A stretch of DNA of 64,000 nucleotides from Rhodothermaceae bacterium (GCA_009841335.1 VXLY01000111.1:1737-65736); one strand, 5' to 3'. Shown: positions 19,043-28,768, counted from the first letter of the stretch. The notes: generated from the sequence alone by a model not told the origin. Numbers and translations are program-made.

Positions 19043-19993
19043 ATGCGGTGTACTGCACTCGTCCTTGGCCTTCTCGTCTTCATTCCGAATGTTCAGGCGC
19101 AGCCTACTGCCGATAGCCTGGAAGCATTGTTTTCAAGCTCCCGTCGCAGCACTCCACTTGCCTTTGGCATGTCTGCGGTGGTTCCTGGTCTAGGCCAAGC
19201 TTATAATCGTCATTGGATCAAGGGGGCAGTTGCGGTAGCAGGAGAGGCCGCGGTGCTCTTGCTATATACTTCTTGGCGCCGACAGGGTGTGGATGGACGG
19301 GACGCCTATCAAATGGATGCTCACATGTACTGGAGTCCGATTAAGTATGCATACTGGCTTAATGATTATGCTCAGTACTTGAACCGACTGCCGGATGGGC
19401 GTCCAGTAACGGCTCCGCCGGTGAATATTTCACAGGCGCTTTTGAGCATTGACCTGACACAGCCAGACGCGTGGTCAGATTCGGAACGGCTGGCGGTGCG
19501 AAAACTTTTCCAGGAGATTCAATTGCTTGAACGTGACAGCTATCACGGAGATACAGGAGCAGTTTTTTCGCACGTTCTTCCATTTTTTGGAGAACAGCAG
19601 TACTATGAACTTGTGGGCAAGTACTTTCAGTTCGCTCCGGGTTGGGAAGATTACGTTGCTATTGTCAGAGATGGCCGTGTAACCTGGATTGACGAGAATG
19701 GAGATTTTATTCAATCTATTGAGCCGGAAGCGACCGGCCCGGGCGGGACAAAACCAAATGTATCCGCCAGGTTCTATCAATACGCAGAGGATCATGCTGA
19801 CGCAAATACATACTTGCGTCGAGCTTCCCGAATTACGACTCTGCTCATTGTAAATCACGTACTCGCTGCTGTGGATGCGGCAATATTTGCGCGGCTGCAC
19901 AACCGTCGTATGCAACTTAGTCTTGGGCTGGTGAAAGATATTCAGGGACGAACTCTCGTGGCTCCGCAAGTGAGATTCCACCTGAATAAATGA
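19043..19993 (+). CDS. DUF5683-like secreted/membrane protein
   Basis: Signal peptide MRCTALVLGLLVFIPNVQAQ. VVPGLGQAYNRHWIKGA resembles the DUF5683 signature recalled from Bacteroidota proteins. Confidence 0.6.
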   Translation: MRCTALVLGLLVFIPNVQAQPTADSLEALFSSSRRSTPLAFGMSAVVPGLGQAYNRHWIKGAVAVAGEAAVLLLYTSWRRQGVDGRDAYQMDAHMYWSPIKYAYWLNDYAQYLNRLPDGRPVTAPPVNISQALLSIDLTQPDAWSDSERLAVRKLFQEIQLLERDSYHGDTGAVFSHVLPFFGEQQYYELVGKYFQFAPGWEDYVAIVRDGRVTWIDENGDFIQSIEPEATGPGGTKPNVSARFYQYAEDHADANTYLRRASRITTLLIVNHVLAAVDAAIFARLHNRRMQLSLGLVKDIQGRTLVAPQVRFHLNK

Positions 19994-20097
19994 ATGCCTT
20001 GATCGTTAAATTGGCACTTCATGCGTTTTGAAGCTCTTCGCGGCATCCCAATCTCTAGTCGTATATTGAAACTCCAACTCAAAAAATTATCGCAATC

Positions 20098-21453
20098 ATG
20101 AATTGGTATAAGCAGTTGCATGTATGGATCATCCTAGGCCTTGTATTCGGATTAGGTTATGGAATTCTTTCTGCAGCAATGGGGTGGGGGGCGTTCACCC
20201 AGGCATGGATAAGTCCCTTTGGCGACATCTTTCTGAACGCATTGTTCATGATTGCAGTGCCGCTCGTACTGGGGTCAATCATAACCGGTGTGGCCTCGCT
20301 TTCAGATACGCGCAAACTGGCCCGGATAGGTGGTAAAACAATCCTGATCTATGTCAGCACAACGATTGCTGCTCTGATCATTGGGCTGCTTTTGGTCAAT
20401 ATCATCCGACCGGGAGATACGGTTCCGGAAGAGGTACGTATGGATCTGCAGGAAGGGTACAGTGATATGGCGGAGGAGCGCCAAGAGAGTGCTGCTTCAG
20501 CTCAAGAACGCGGCCCATTGCAGGCGTTTGTAGACATGGTGCCCCGCAATATCGCAGCAGCTGCCTCTAATAACCGAAACATGCTGCAAGTGGTGATGAT
20601 CGCGGTACTGTTTGGGATCGCACTTCTACTTGTTCCAAAGGAGAAAGCCCAGCCTATGTTGGGTTTCTTCGAGAGTCTGACGGCGGTGGTTATCAAGATT
20701 GTGGAGATCATAATGTGGATTGCTCCTCTGGGAGTGTTCGCGCTCCTTGCGGATACGGTCAGTTTGATTTCGGGGGACAATCTGAGCGAGTTGTGGAGTT
20801 TGCTGGGGGCGCTTGGGTTTTACATGCTTGTCGTGCTGGCCGGACTTCTTGTGCATGTCGCCGTAACGTATGGGTCCATCCTGAAATTCCTGACACCGAT
20901 GTCCCTCAAGAAATTCATTATGGGGATAGCGCCTGCGCAGCTTGTTGCATTCAGCACGTCATCGAGCGGTGCAACGCTTCCGGTCACAATGGATCGCGTC
21001 GAGAACAACCTTGGCGTCAGCGAGGAGGTTTCTTCATTTGTACTTCCGCTTGGTGCCACGATCAATATGGATGGTACTGCGCTCTATCAGGCGGTAGCAG
21101 CGGTGTTCATTGCGCAGACACTTGGAATTGCACTTGGCTTTATGGACCAATTGGAGATCATACTTCTGGCTCTACTTGCTTCAATTGGCACTGCAGCGGT
21201 CCCCAGCGCGGGTATCATCATGTTGATCATCATATTGCAGTCAGTGGGTGTTCCTGCAGCAGGTATAGCATTGATCCTTGGTGTTGATCGCATTCTGGAT
21301 ATGTGCCGGACGGTATGCAATATAACGGGAGATGCAACCGTCGCTACCTTGGTTGCTTCCTCGGAGGGGCAGCTTGGTGAGGTCAGCGAAACGCCGGCTC
21401 CCATTGGATTTGTCGCTACTCCGGATGCATCTTCGGAGGAGCACCCTGAATAA
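20098..21453 (+). CDS. Dicarboxylate/amino acid:cation symporter (DAACS, GltP-like)
   Basis: 451 aa, polytopic. DAACS motifs STSSSGATLP, PLGATINMDGTALYQ and CNITGDA. Confidence 0.9.
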   Translation: MNWYKQLHVWIILGLVFGLGYGILSAAMGWGAFTQAWISPFGDIFLNALFMIAVPLVLGSIITGVASLSDTRKLARIGGKTILIYVSTTIAALIIGLLLVNIIRPGDTVPEEVRMDLQEGYSDMAEERQESAASAQERGPLQAFVDMVPRNIAAAASNNRNMLQVVMIAVLFGIALLLVPKEKAQPMLGFFESLTAVVIKIVEIIMWIAPLGVFALLADTVSLISGDNLSELWSLLGALGFYMLVVLAGLLVHVAVTYGSILKFLTPMSLKKFIMGIAPAQLVAFSTSSSGATLPVTMDRVENNLGVSEEVSSFVLPLGATINMDGTALYQAVAAVFIAQTLGIALGFMDQLEIILLALLASIGTAAVPSAGIIMLIIILQSVGVPAAGIALILGVDRILDMCRTVCNITGDATVATLVASSEGQLGEVSETPAPIGFVATPDASSEEHPE

Positions 21454-21472
21454 TAGGTTAGTAGCCAAAGGG

Positions 21473-21546
21473 TACGCCCGAGAGGATTCGAACCTCTGGC
21501 CTTCTGCTCCGGAGGCAGACGCTCTATCCAACTGAGCTACGGGCGC
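21473..21546 (-). tRNA. tRNA-Arg (anticodon CCG)
   Basis: The reverse complement GCGCCCGTAGCTCAGTTGGATAGAGCGTCTGCCTCCGGAGCAGAAGGCCAGAGGTTCGAATCCTCTCGGGCGTA folds as a cloverleaf: 7-bp acceptor stem, D arm GCTC/GAGC, anticodon loop CTCCGGA, T arm AGAGG-TTCGAAT-CCTCT. CCA is not encoded. Confidence 0.93.
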
Positions 21547-21585
21547 GTTGTATCCTCTAATGTATGAACTGCCATAAACGTTTCC

Positions 21586-22527
21586 ATGGTAGACCTCTCA
21601 TTCAAAACAAATGACGACCGGATAGATGCTGTAGTCCCGCCGGGACGAAGCGGTTTGAATGTTTTTGACGGCATCACAGGTAGCTGGCCCTCCGGCGCAG
21701 CTCTGGCACTGTGGGTATTTGTTGGTTTGTTGGCCTACCTGTTCATAGGTAATATCGCTTCCACTTTTCTTCTCGCGTTGAATGGTGTTGGACTTCAAGA
21801 TATTTTGAGTGGTCAGCAGGACATATTCGCCGAGAATGGAAATGCATTTTTAGGAGGCAATGCAATTGGGTTGGCCTTGGGGCTAGGCAGCGTTGCACTG
21901 CTTGCAAGTTGGCTGGACTCCTCTCGCCCCCTGCGCTATCTCCGGCTTAAATCCTGCAATGCGGCTGATGTCGCACTGTCGCTGGCGGGCCTTATTTGTC
22001 TGCTTCCGGCGGTACTCGGCCTCGGCATCCTGAATGAAAAAATTCCCTTACCTGATGTTCTTATGCAGCTGGAAGAACAACAAATGGAATTAATTGAATG
22101 GTTTACCGGGGAGGGAGGGAATTTTGCCCTGAATATGGTATATGTTGTTGCAGCCCCGGCTCTTTTTGAAGAGATGTTTTTTCGAGGATATGTCCAGAGG
22201 CGGGCAGAGCGGGGATTGGGTGTGGCCGCGGGCATTATCCTTACGGGAGTCATCTTCGGCGTGTTTCATTTGCGTCTTACCCAAGTACTTCCACTAATTT
22301 TGTTGGGGTGTTATTTGGCATATGTAACCTGGCGCACAGGCAGTTTATGGATTGCTGTAGTTCTGCATTTTTTCAATAATGGGCTTGCACTATCTTTATC
22401 AAAATGGGGACCGAAATCGGTTGCGGATCCGGAGGCTGTTCCATGGTTGTTGATTATAGGAGGTACGATTCTTTTTGCAGCCTGTATCCTGACAATTCAT
22501 CGTCGCAATGAAAAAGAGCATCGCTGA
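21586..22527 (+). CDS. CPBP-family intramembrane glutamic endopeptidase (CAAX protease/Abi family)
   Basis: Polytopic protein with the three CPBP motifs EEMFFRGY, FGVFH and HFFNN. Confidence 0.85.
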   Translation: MVDLSFKTNDDRIDAVVPPGRSGLNVFDGITGSWPSGAALALWVFVGLLAYLFIGNIASTFLLALNGVGLQDILSGQQDIFAENGNAFLGGNAIGLALGLGSVALLASWLDSSRPLRYLRLKSCNAADVALSLAGLICLLPAVLGLGILNEKIPLPDVLMQLEEQQMELIEWFTGEGGNFALNMVYVVAAPALFEEMFFRGYVQRRAERGLGVAAGIILTGVIFGVFHLRLTQVLPLILLGCYLAYVTWRTGSLWIAVVLHFFNNGLALSLSKWGPKSVADPEAVPWLLIIGGTILFAACILTIHRRNEKEHR

Positions 22528-22774
22528 CTGGGAGGAAGTATTCTTATGCAGCACTGACTATGAGGCTGATCTGGTTCGTGCACGTTTGGAGGATGCCGGC
22601 ATTTTTTCCGTGCTGTTAAATCAGCGGTGCCATGCTTTCAATCTAACACAGGGGTCATTGGCAAAAGTACATGTGCTGGTTCCAAAATCCTTGAAAGCAG
22701 AGGCATTGGCGCTGCTTTCAGCAGAAGCGCTTACCGACGAAGAGTTGACCGAGGCGGCTTTTTCTGGTAAATAG
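22508..22774 (+). CDS. DUF2007-like small protein (putative signal-transducing fold)
   Basis: 88 aa. Pattern YEADLVRARLEDAGI...VLVP. Overlaps the CPBP gene by 20 nt. Confidence 0.55.
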   Translation: MKKSIADWEEVFLCSTDYEADLVRARLEDAGIFSVLLNQRCHAFNLTQGSLAKVHVLVPKSLKAEALALLSAEALTDEELTEAAFSGK

Positions 22775-22791
22775 ATCCTACGCTGCGTGCA

Positions 22792-23601
22792 ATGTCACAG
22801 CTATTGACTCGCCTTTTCACTGCTACAATTGGTGCCTCCCTGCTGGTTGGCTCTGCTTGGCTTGGAGCGTGGTACTTCGGCATTGCCGTGATGATAATTG
22901 CCCTTTTGGGGCAACTTGAACTGTATCAGCTCTATGAGCGCTCCGGCGTTCGAGCGTGGATCCTTACGGGCTTATTGGTAGGTGCAGGCTTATCCTTACG
23001 AGCATTGATACCGAATATCTTTCTTCTCACCGCGGTGCCTGTGGTGGGGCTTGTGTTGTGGTGCACCTTCACGAAAAGCGAGCAGCCGCTAACGCGCCTG
23101 GGAGCAACACTCTCGGGTGCAGTCTATCCAACTGCTTTACTGGCGTTTCTGACAGACCTGCGTGTGGTTCCGGGATATAGTGAACAAGAAGCATTGATAT
23201 TGACGGTCACAGTGCTTGTATTGGTGTGGGCAAGTGATGTATTCGCCTTTTTTACAGGATCGTTTTTTGGCAGGCATGCATTGGCACCTACGATTTCTCC
23301 TGGGAAGACCTGGGAAGGGTTTCTTGGCGGGATTGGGGGAGCACTCTTGGCTGTAGGTGTACTCAATCTGACACTAGATATGCCTTTGGCAACAATTCAC
23401 ATCGTGATTCTGGCGCTCGTATGCACCCTTTCCGGTGCTGTTGGCGATTTGGCGGAGAGTCGTTTCAAGCGTGTAGCTGGCGTGAAGGACTCGGGGATTA
23501 TTCTGCCAGGGCACGGGGGGATGCTTGATCGGTTTGATGGCATTATTGTCGCTGCTCCGTTATCCTATATGTACATAATCTTCGTTGTTAACTGGTTCTG
23601 A
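22792..23601 (+). CDS. cdsA: Phosphatidate cytidylyltransferase
   Basis: CdsA signature SRFKRVAGVKDSGIILPGHGGMLDRFD plus SPGKTWEG. Confidence 0.93.
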   Translation: MSQLLTRLFTATIGASLLVGSAWLGAWYFGIAVMIIALLGQLELYQLYERSGVRAWILTGLLVGAGLSLRALIPNIFLLTAVPVVGLVLWCTFTKSEQPLTRLGATLSGAVYPTALLAFLTDLRVVPGYSEQEALILTVTVLVLVWASDVFAFFTGSFFGRHALAPTISPGKTWEGFLGGIGGALLAVGVLNLTLDMPLATIHIVILALVCTLSGAVGDLAESRFKRVAGVKDSGIILPGHGGMLDRFDGIIVAAPLSYMYIIFVVNWF

Positions 23602-23603
23602 AA

Positions 23604-23807
23604 ATGGGACTCTTATTTGGACGGAAAACACAACCACGCAAATTCGACTATACGCCGCGCTATTACGATCCGCGCAAAGACGACAGTCTCAAGCGGCGTA
23701 TGCGAATTCAGAGTCGTGTTCGTCGCAGGCGCAGCCCGATTGCACTCTATTACCTAGCTGCACTTTTGCTCACGGCGTTGTATATCTACAACGCTCTCGG
23801 ACGATAG
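23604..23807 (+). CDS. Small basic single-pass membrane protein (hypothetical)
   Basis: 67 aa, starting 3 nt after cdsA. Arg/Lys-rich N-terminus (FDYTPRYYDPRKDD...RRRRS) followed by one TM helix (IALYYLAALLLTALYIY). Confidence 0.5.
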   Translation: MGLLFGRKTQPRKFDYTPRYYDPRKDDSLKRRMRIQSRVRRRRSPIALYYLAALLLTALYIYNALGR

Positions 23808-23817
23808 CAGGACCCAT

Positions 23818-25608
23818 ATGAAGCGTGCTGTGCAGATCAGGCAGATGCCGATCGAATTGGCCAACAAGATCGCGGCCGGAGAAGTGGTTCAGCGTCCTGC
23901 ATCGGCCGCAAAAGAATTGCTCGAGAACGCCATTGACGCGGGTGCCTCGGAAATCTCTCTTTCGGTCAAAGCGGCGGGTAGTAGCTTGGTTCAGGTAACC
24001 GACAATGGTGCAGGCATGGGCCCCGAAGACGCTGTCCAGTGCTTTGAGCGTCATGCGACCAGCAAGATCACGAGCGCAGAAGATCTGGAGAACATCCAGA
24101 CGCTTGGATTCAGGGGAGAAGCCTTGGCCTCAATCGCTGCTATCGCACAAGTATCTCTGAGAACAAAGAGGGCAGAGGATGAGCAGGGGGTTTGCGTACG
24201 TATCGAGGGGGGGCAAGTACTTGAGGATGCCCCGTGTGCTGCAGCCGTTGGCACCACTATAGCAGTTCGCAATCTGTTTTTCAATGTTCCGGCGCGTAGG
24301 AGCTTTTTAAAGGCGCCATCAACAGAGTTTCGTCATCTCTCGAACGCCTTTGTTGCTCAGGCGCTGGCTAATCCGTGGATCACTTTCAAGTTAGTCCATA
24401 ACCAGCATGAGGTGTACCGGTTGCCGGGTTCGCGCGCAGAGGAGTTCTCAGATGCGTTGCGGGAGCGCGTTCGTGCTGTACTAGGTACGGAAGTCAGCCA
24501 GCATCTCGTGCTGGTTAACGAATCCATGAGCTATATCTCCGCAGTGGGATTTTTAGCACACCCGGAACATGCCAAGAAATCTCGCAAGGATCAATACTTG
24601 TTTGTAAATGACCGTCCGATAAAGAGTCCCAGTTTGAATCATGCAATCCGGTCCGCATATGACACACTTCTTCCAGAGGGACGTCATCCCGCTTATGTTT
24701 TGTTTCTGAACCTTTCCCCAAAGCATGTCGATGTGAACGTGCATCCTGCAAAGACAGAGGTTCGCTTTGATGACGACCGTGGTGTGTACAATTTTGTGCA
24801 GGCGATATCTCGGCGGGCCCTAGGAATTGCCGATTTGATCCCTCAATATCCAAGTGGTGCATCATCGTTGAGTTTTCAAAGGGGGGCGAACGATACATCA
24901 ACGAGTTGGAAGCCGCCGCCTCGCGCAGATGAGTTACCACCAGTTCAGGGAGAGCAGTCGACAATCGTGTACGATATTGAGCGTAGCAGGGCGCCGTCAG
25001 GGGCAACGCTGGATATGGAAGGGTTTTTATGGCAGTTACAGGACCACTATATCCTGACCCAGCTACACAATGGAATATTGGTTGTTGATCAGCGGGCTGC
25101 TCATCAGCGCATTTTGTTTGAACGTGCCCTGGCGGATTTGCAGGCTGGGATAGGGCTGTCACAACAGCTCCTGTTTCCCCAACTGATATGTCTCAATCAG
25201 GGGGACTGCGAACTTCTGCGCGAACTTAGTCCACTTGCTATGGCACTTGGGTTTGATTATTCAATCTCCGAAAACCGCACGGTAACGGTCAGGGGGGTAC
25301 CCTCAGACCTGCAAGCCGGCGCAGAAAAGAAAATCCTGCAGTCCGTACTTGATGAATACAAGTCCAACAGTGAGCTAAAACATCTTTCCATTCAGGATAA
25401 TATGGCTCGCAGCATAGCCGTACGCGGTGCCATATCTCCCGGGGTTAAGCTGAATGAAGAGGAGATGCGAACAATGATTGATCGACTCTTCCAGTGCGAA
25501 GATCCCTATCGAACCCCCAGCGGAAAACCAACACTGATCCGATTGACATATGATGAACTGAAGCAGCGGTTCAATCGGCGAGTTGTAGATCATGAAGAAT
25601 CTGATTGA
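23818..25608 (+). CDS. mutL: DNA mismatch repair protein MutL
   Basis: GHKL ATPase motifs (IAAGEVVQRPASAAKELLENAIDAG, DNGAGM, GFRGEAL) and a C-terminal dimerisation domain. Confidence 0.95.
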   Translation: MKRAVQIRQMPIELANKIAAGEVVQRPASAAKELLENAIDAGASEISLSVKAAGSSLVQVTDNGAGMGPEDAVQCFERHATSKITSAEDLENIQTLGFRGEALASIAAIAQVSLRTKRAEDEQGVCVRIEGGQVLEDAPCAAAVGTTIAVRNLFFNVPARRSFLKAPSTEFRHLSNAFVAQALANPWITFKLVHNQHEVYRLPGSRAEEFSDALRERVRAVLGTEVSQHLVLVNESMSYISAVGFLAHPEHAKKSRKDQYLFVNDRPIKSPSLNHAIRSAYDTLLPEGRHPAYVLFLNLSPKHVDVNVHPAKTEVRFDDDRGVYNFVQAISRRALGIADLIPQYPSGASSLSFQRGANDTSTSWKPPPRADELPPVQGEQSTIVYDIERSRAPSGATLDMEGFLWQLQDHYILTQLHNGILVVDQRAAHQRILFERALADLQAGIGLSQQLLFPQLICLNQGDCELLRELSPLAMALGFDYSISENRTVTVRGVPSDLQAGAEKKILQSVLDEYKSNSELKHLSIQDNMARSIAVRGAISPGVKLNEEEMRTMIDRLFQCEDPYRTPSGKPTLIRLTYDELKQRFNRRVVDHEESD

Positions 25609-26947
25609 CACATTCCGTGATCGCGTAGCATCCTATATGAAGAGCTCGGCTCAAGTGAGCCTGGACGAGCGTATACTCGTTGGGGTAAGTGGGGGCGTGG
25701 ATTCTGTTGTGTTGCTGGATGTTCTGGGAATATTGGGGTATGAGTGTGAGGTGGTTCACATCAATTATCATTTACGTGAACAGGAATCTGTCGCAGACGA
25801 AACGCTTGTTCGTCAGCTGTCTCAGCAACGGGAGTTAAACCTTCAGGTGAAGCACGTTTCCGCTCGCACCCATGCCGCTGGTACTGGATGCTCGGTCCAG
25901 ATGATAGCCCGTGATCTTCGATACGCGGCTTTTGCTGAGGTAGCTTTGCAGCAAGGCATATCTACGGTAGCTGTGGCACATCACATGGATGACCAGGCGG
26001 AGTCGTTGTTGCTAAACCTTAACCGGGGAACGGGCCCAGAAGGGCTTGCTGCGATGCGTCCTGTCCGGCCGTTGACAGAACAGATCAACTTGGTGCGCCC
26101 GCTTCTGGGGGAGAGTAGGGCATCTATCCAAGCTTATGCAATCGCCAGGAACTTGAAATGGCGGGAGGATCGCTCCAATAAAGACACGAAGTATCTGCGC
26201 TCCCGGCTACGCGCAAGCGTTATGCCAAATCTGAATGCCGAAACGCTCGCACGGAGTGCTAAGCTTGTTGCTGAATGGGTTGATGAGGTGATCCGCCCAA
26301 TGATCGACAAGAGTTTTTCTGATGCTGCAAGTGGGCAGTCACTGTCAATCGCATATCTGGCGCAACTACCAAATGTGCTCGCCAGGCGACTGGTAATTGA
26401 AGCGCTCCGCAAGTGGTTACCAGGATCACCCGCAAATGAGGCGCTCGCCGAAAGGATTCTGGGGCTGGTAAATTCGCAGACTGGAAAGCAAATTGAGGTA
26501 GGCGCGGGAGTGATCTGGCGGGATCGAGCCTATCTCGTGTTTAGTGCTGAGGCCAAGCAAGAAAGGACAGAAGAGATGGAACTGCTTTCTGAATCTGTAG
26601 CAGTAGCTGTTCCAGGTGGACACGTTCGACTCTATCTTACACAGGAGGAACCCTCAAGTCTTTCTGATCCAGAAGGTGTTTGGCTTGATGCAGAAAAACT
26701 GGAATTGCCGCTTACGGTTCGCCGCTGGCTTGCGGGTGATCGAATGCGCCCCCTAGGTATGCAGGGCACAAAAAAGATCAGTGATCTGTTGACGGATGAC
26801 GCTGTACCTGCGCAGGAGCGCGGTTCTGTATCTGTAGTATGTAGTGGTTCGACGATTGCGTGGGTCGTCGGACGTAGAATGGCGCACGAATTTCGCGTAA
26901 CCCCTTCAACTCAACAGTATGCCAGACTCTTCTACGAGCAAAACTGA
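25592..26947 (+). CDS. tilS: tRNA(Ile)-lysidine synthase
   Basis: PP-loop GVSGGVDS, AHHMDDQAE. Upstream of hpt, the classic tilS-hpt pairing. Confidence 0.92.
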   Translation: MKNLIDTFRDRVASYMKSSAQVSLDERILVGVSGGVDSVVLLDVLGILGYECEVVHINYHLREQESVADETLVRQLSQQRELNLQVKHVSARTHAAGTGCSVQMIARDLRYAAFAEVALQQGISTVAVAHHMDDQAESLLLNLNRGTGPEGLAAMRPVRPLTEQINLVRPLLGESRASIQAYAIARNLKWREDRSNKDTKYLRSRLRASVMPNLNAETLARSAKLVAEWVDEVIRPMIDKSFSDAASGQSLSIAYLAQLPNVLARRLVIEALRKWLPGSPANEALAERILGLVNSQTGKQIEVGAGVIWRDRAYLVFSAEAKQERTEEMELLSESVAVAVPGGHVRLYLTQEEPSSLSDPEGVWLDAEKLELPLTVRRWLAGDRMRPLGMQGTKKISDLLTDDAVPAQERGSVSVVCSGSTIAWVVGRRMAHEFRVTPSTQQYARLFYEQN

Positions 26948-27476
26948 GATCGTACATGGCCATCGTTTGAGACTGTTCAAGGATTCAGAGACTATCCAAA
27001 CGCGTGTCCGGGAGATTGGCACTGCCCTGACACAGTCTCACTCTGGAAAGCGCCCGATTGTGCTAGGTCTCATGCATGGTGCCTTTGTATTTGTGGCTGA
27101 TCTTGTACGAGTTATGGACTTGCCCTGTACGGTGGATTTTTGGCGCCTTTCTTCTTACGGGGCAGATACCAAGAGCAGTCAGTCCGTTCGTGAGCTCATG
27201 TCACCAACCGTAAGACTCTGCGACCGACATGTGATTCTGGTTGATGACATCGTGGATAGCGGCCGAACGCTAACCCACGCACTTCATAGGCTTGCTGAGC
27301 ATTCACCTCTGTCAATCACTGTGGTTGCCTTGTTGCAAAATGAAGCGAGCTCTGTCGCAGTTGATCACGTAGGTTTTGTTTCCGGGGAAGACTACATCGT
27401 GGGTTACGGTCTAGATGTTGGATATGAGCTGCGGGGACTGCCCTCACTCTACTATCTCGAGAACAGTCGAGTGTAG
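26919..27476 (+). CDS. hpt: Hypoxanthine phosphoribosyltransferase
   Basis: PRPP-binding motif VILVDDIVDSGRTL. GYGLD near the C-terminus. 29-nt overlap with tilS. Confidence 0.9.
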   Translation: MPDSSTSKTEIVHGHRLRLFKDSETIQTRVREIGTALTQSHSGKRPIVLGLMHGAFVFVADLVRVMDLPCTVDFWRLSSYGADTKSSQSVRELMSPTVRLCDRHVILVDDIVDSGRTLTHALHRLAEHSPLSITVVALLQNEASSVAVDHVGFVSGEDYIVGYGLDVGYELRGLPSLYYLENSRV

Positions 27477-27559
27477 GAGGATCTTGCAAATTATCAGTAG
27501 AAAGATGAATGGCGATACGTAACGTAATTCCCGGAAAAGGCCGACTAGAACGAGGAGAG

Positions 27560-28768
27560 ATGCTTAGAATCGAGTTACTATTGGCGGGATTGATAGCGCT
27601 CATTCTTACGGGTTGTGACACCGAGCAGCTCACAACTGCACCGGAAGAACTCAAGGAGGAGAGCGACTATGGTGTCATATTGGGGGCCTTCTCCGAGCTT
27701 CATGGCATTGGTGCGTCAGCTCTCGCCATCATGAAGGATGGCAATGTCGTCTATGAGGGTGTGAGCGGTTTCATGGATGCCGGGCACAAAACGTCTATAG
27801 TTCCAAGTGTGATGATGCGAGTCGCAAGCGTATCCAAACCCATCACAGCCGCTGCCATTCGTCAGCTAGTTGCCGATGGGATACTAGCGTTGGATGAGCG
27901 AGCCTTCGATCTTGGACAGCCGGAAGGCGGATTGCTTGCTTTGCAGCCATTTCCGTCGCTCGGTGATTCTCTGCTAATGAATATCACAGTCGAACACCTT
28001 CTCCTTCATGAAGCCGGTTGGGACAGGGATAGCTCGGCGGATTGGGTATTTCGAGAAATTGAGATAGCAGGGATAATGTCAATTCCCAGTCCACCTGGAC
28101 GGGAGAATACAGTCCGCTATGTTTTAGGCCAGCCGTTACAATTTGATCCTGGTTCTGAAACTGCCTATTCCAATGTCGGATATCTAGTCTTGGGGCTGAT
28201 AATCGAAAAGGTGTCGGGAAAAGACTATCTTACCTATGTGCGCGAGAAAATCTTCGCCCCCCTTGGTATTTCCGCAGAGGACGTAATTCAGGCCCGTACG
28301 TTTCCCCAGGACCGTAGTATAAGGGAACCATGGTACGATGCTTCAGGATTGGCTTGCAATGTGTTTGATCCAGATGGACAATCTGTAAGGTGGCCGGATG
28401 GAGGGTGGGATGCTGAGGCCAAGCTCGCTGAGGCTGGACTGGTCACCACAACGAGGGCTCTGCTTGAATTTGCTGACGAGTACGTGGTGTTTGGTCCCAG
28501 TATCGGTAGCCAACGAAGCAGTCGGGAGGGAAGTGATTGGTGGAGCTGGCACGGGGGAACCTTGCCTGGAACCAATTCGCTGGTGTACCAGAGTGGAGAC
28601 GGGGTCAACTACGTCATTCTCTTTAATCGTCGCGCCATCGGAATCGACCGATTTGTCTACGTCAAGCAGTTCATGGACTTTCTGAACACACGCCTAATGC
28701 TGCCAAGTTCGGCAGCCCCATCCGAGATGTATGGAGACGCTTCAACTGGTCAGTATTTTGCCGAATAG
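27560..28768 (+). CDS. Serine hydrolase (class C beta-lactamase/PBP family) lipoprotein
   Basis: S-x-x-K motif ASVSKP. YSNVGY motif. Lipobox LILTGC when started at ATG 27560; the ORF opens at 27509. Confidence 0.8.
   Translation: MLRIELLLAGLIALILTGCDTEQLTTAPEELKEESDYGVILGAFSELHGIGASALAIMKDGNVVYEGVSGFMDAGHKTSIVPSVMMRVASVSKPITAAAIRQLVADGILALDERAFDLGQPEGGLLALQPFPSLGDSLLMNITVEHLLLHEAGWDRDSSADWVFREIEIAGIMSIPSPPGRENTVRYVLGQPLQFDPGSETAYSNVGYLVLGLIIEKVSGKDYLTYVREKIFAPLGISAEDVIQARTFPQDRSIREPWYDASGLACNVFDPDGQSVRWPDGGWDAEAKLAEAGLVTTTRALLEFADEYVVFGPSIGSQRSSREGSDWWSWHGGTLPGTNSLVYQSGDGVNYVILFNRRAIGIDRFVYVKQFMDFLNTRLMLPSSAAPSEMYGDASTGQYFAE

Noticed and set aside
20715-21287. 190-aa alternative-frame ORF inside the DAACS transporter gene
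   Set aside because: Its Cys/Gly/Arg/Trp-rich translation looks like an off-frame artefact. The transporter frame has the family motifs.
21332-21535. 67-aa ORF (and 21241..21531 on the minus strand) spanning the tRNA-Arg gene
   Set aside because: It overlaps a well-folding tRNA and the end of the transporter gene. It is not credible as coding sequence.
24515-25162. 215-aa ORF antisense to mutL
   Set aside because: Same reasoning as for the other antisense ORFs. The MutL frame is continuous and conserved across this stretch.
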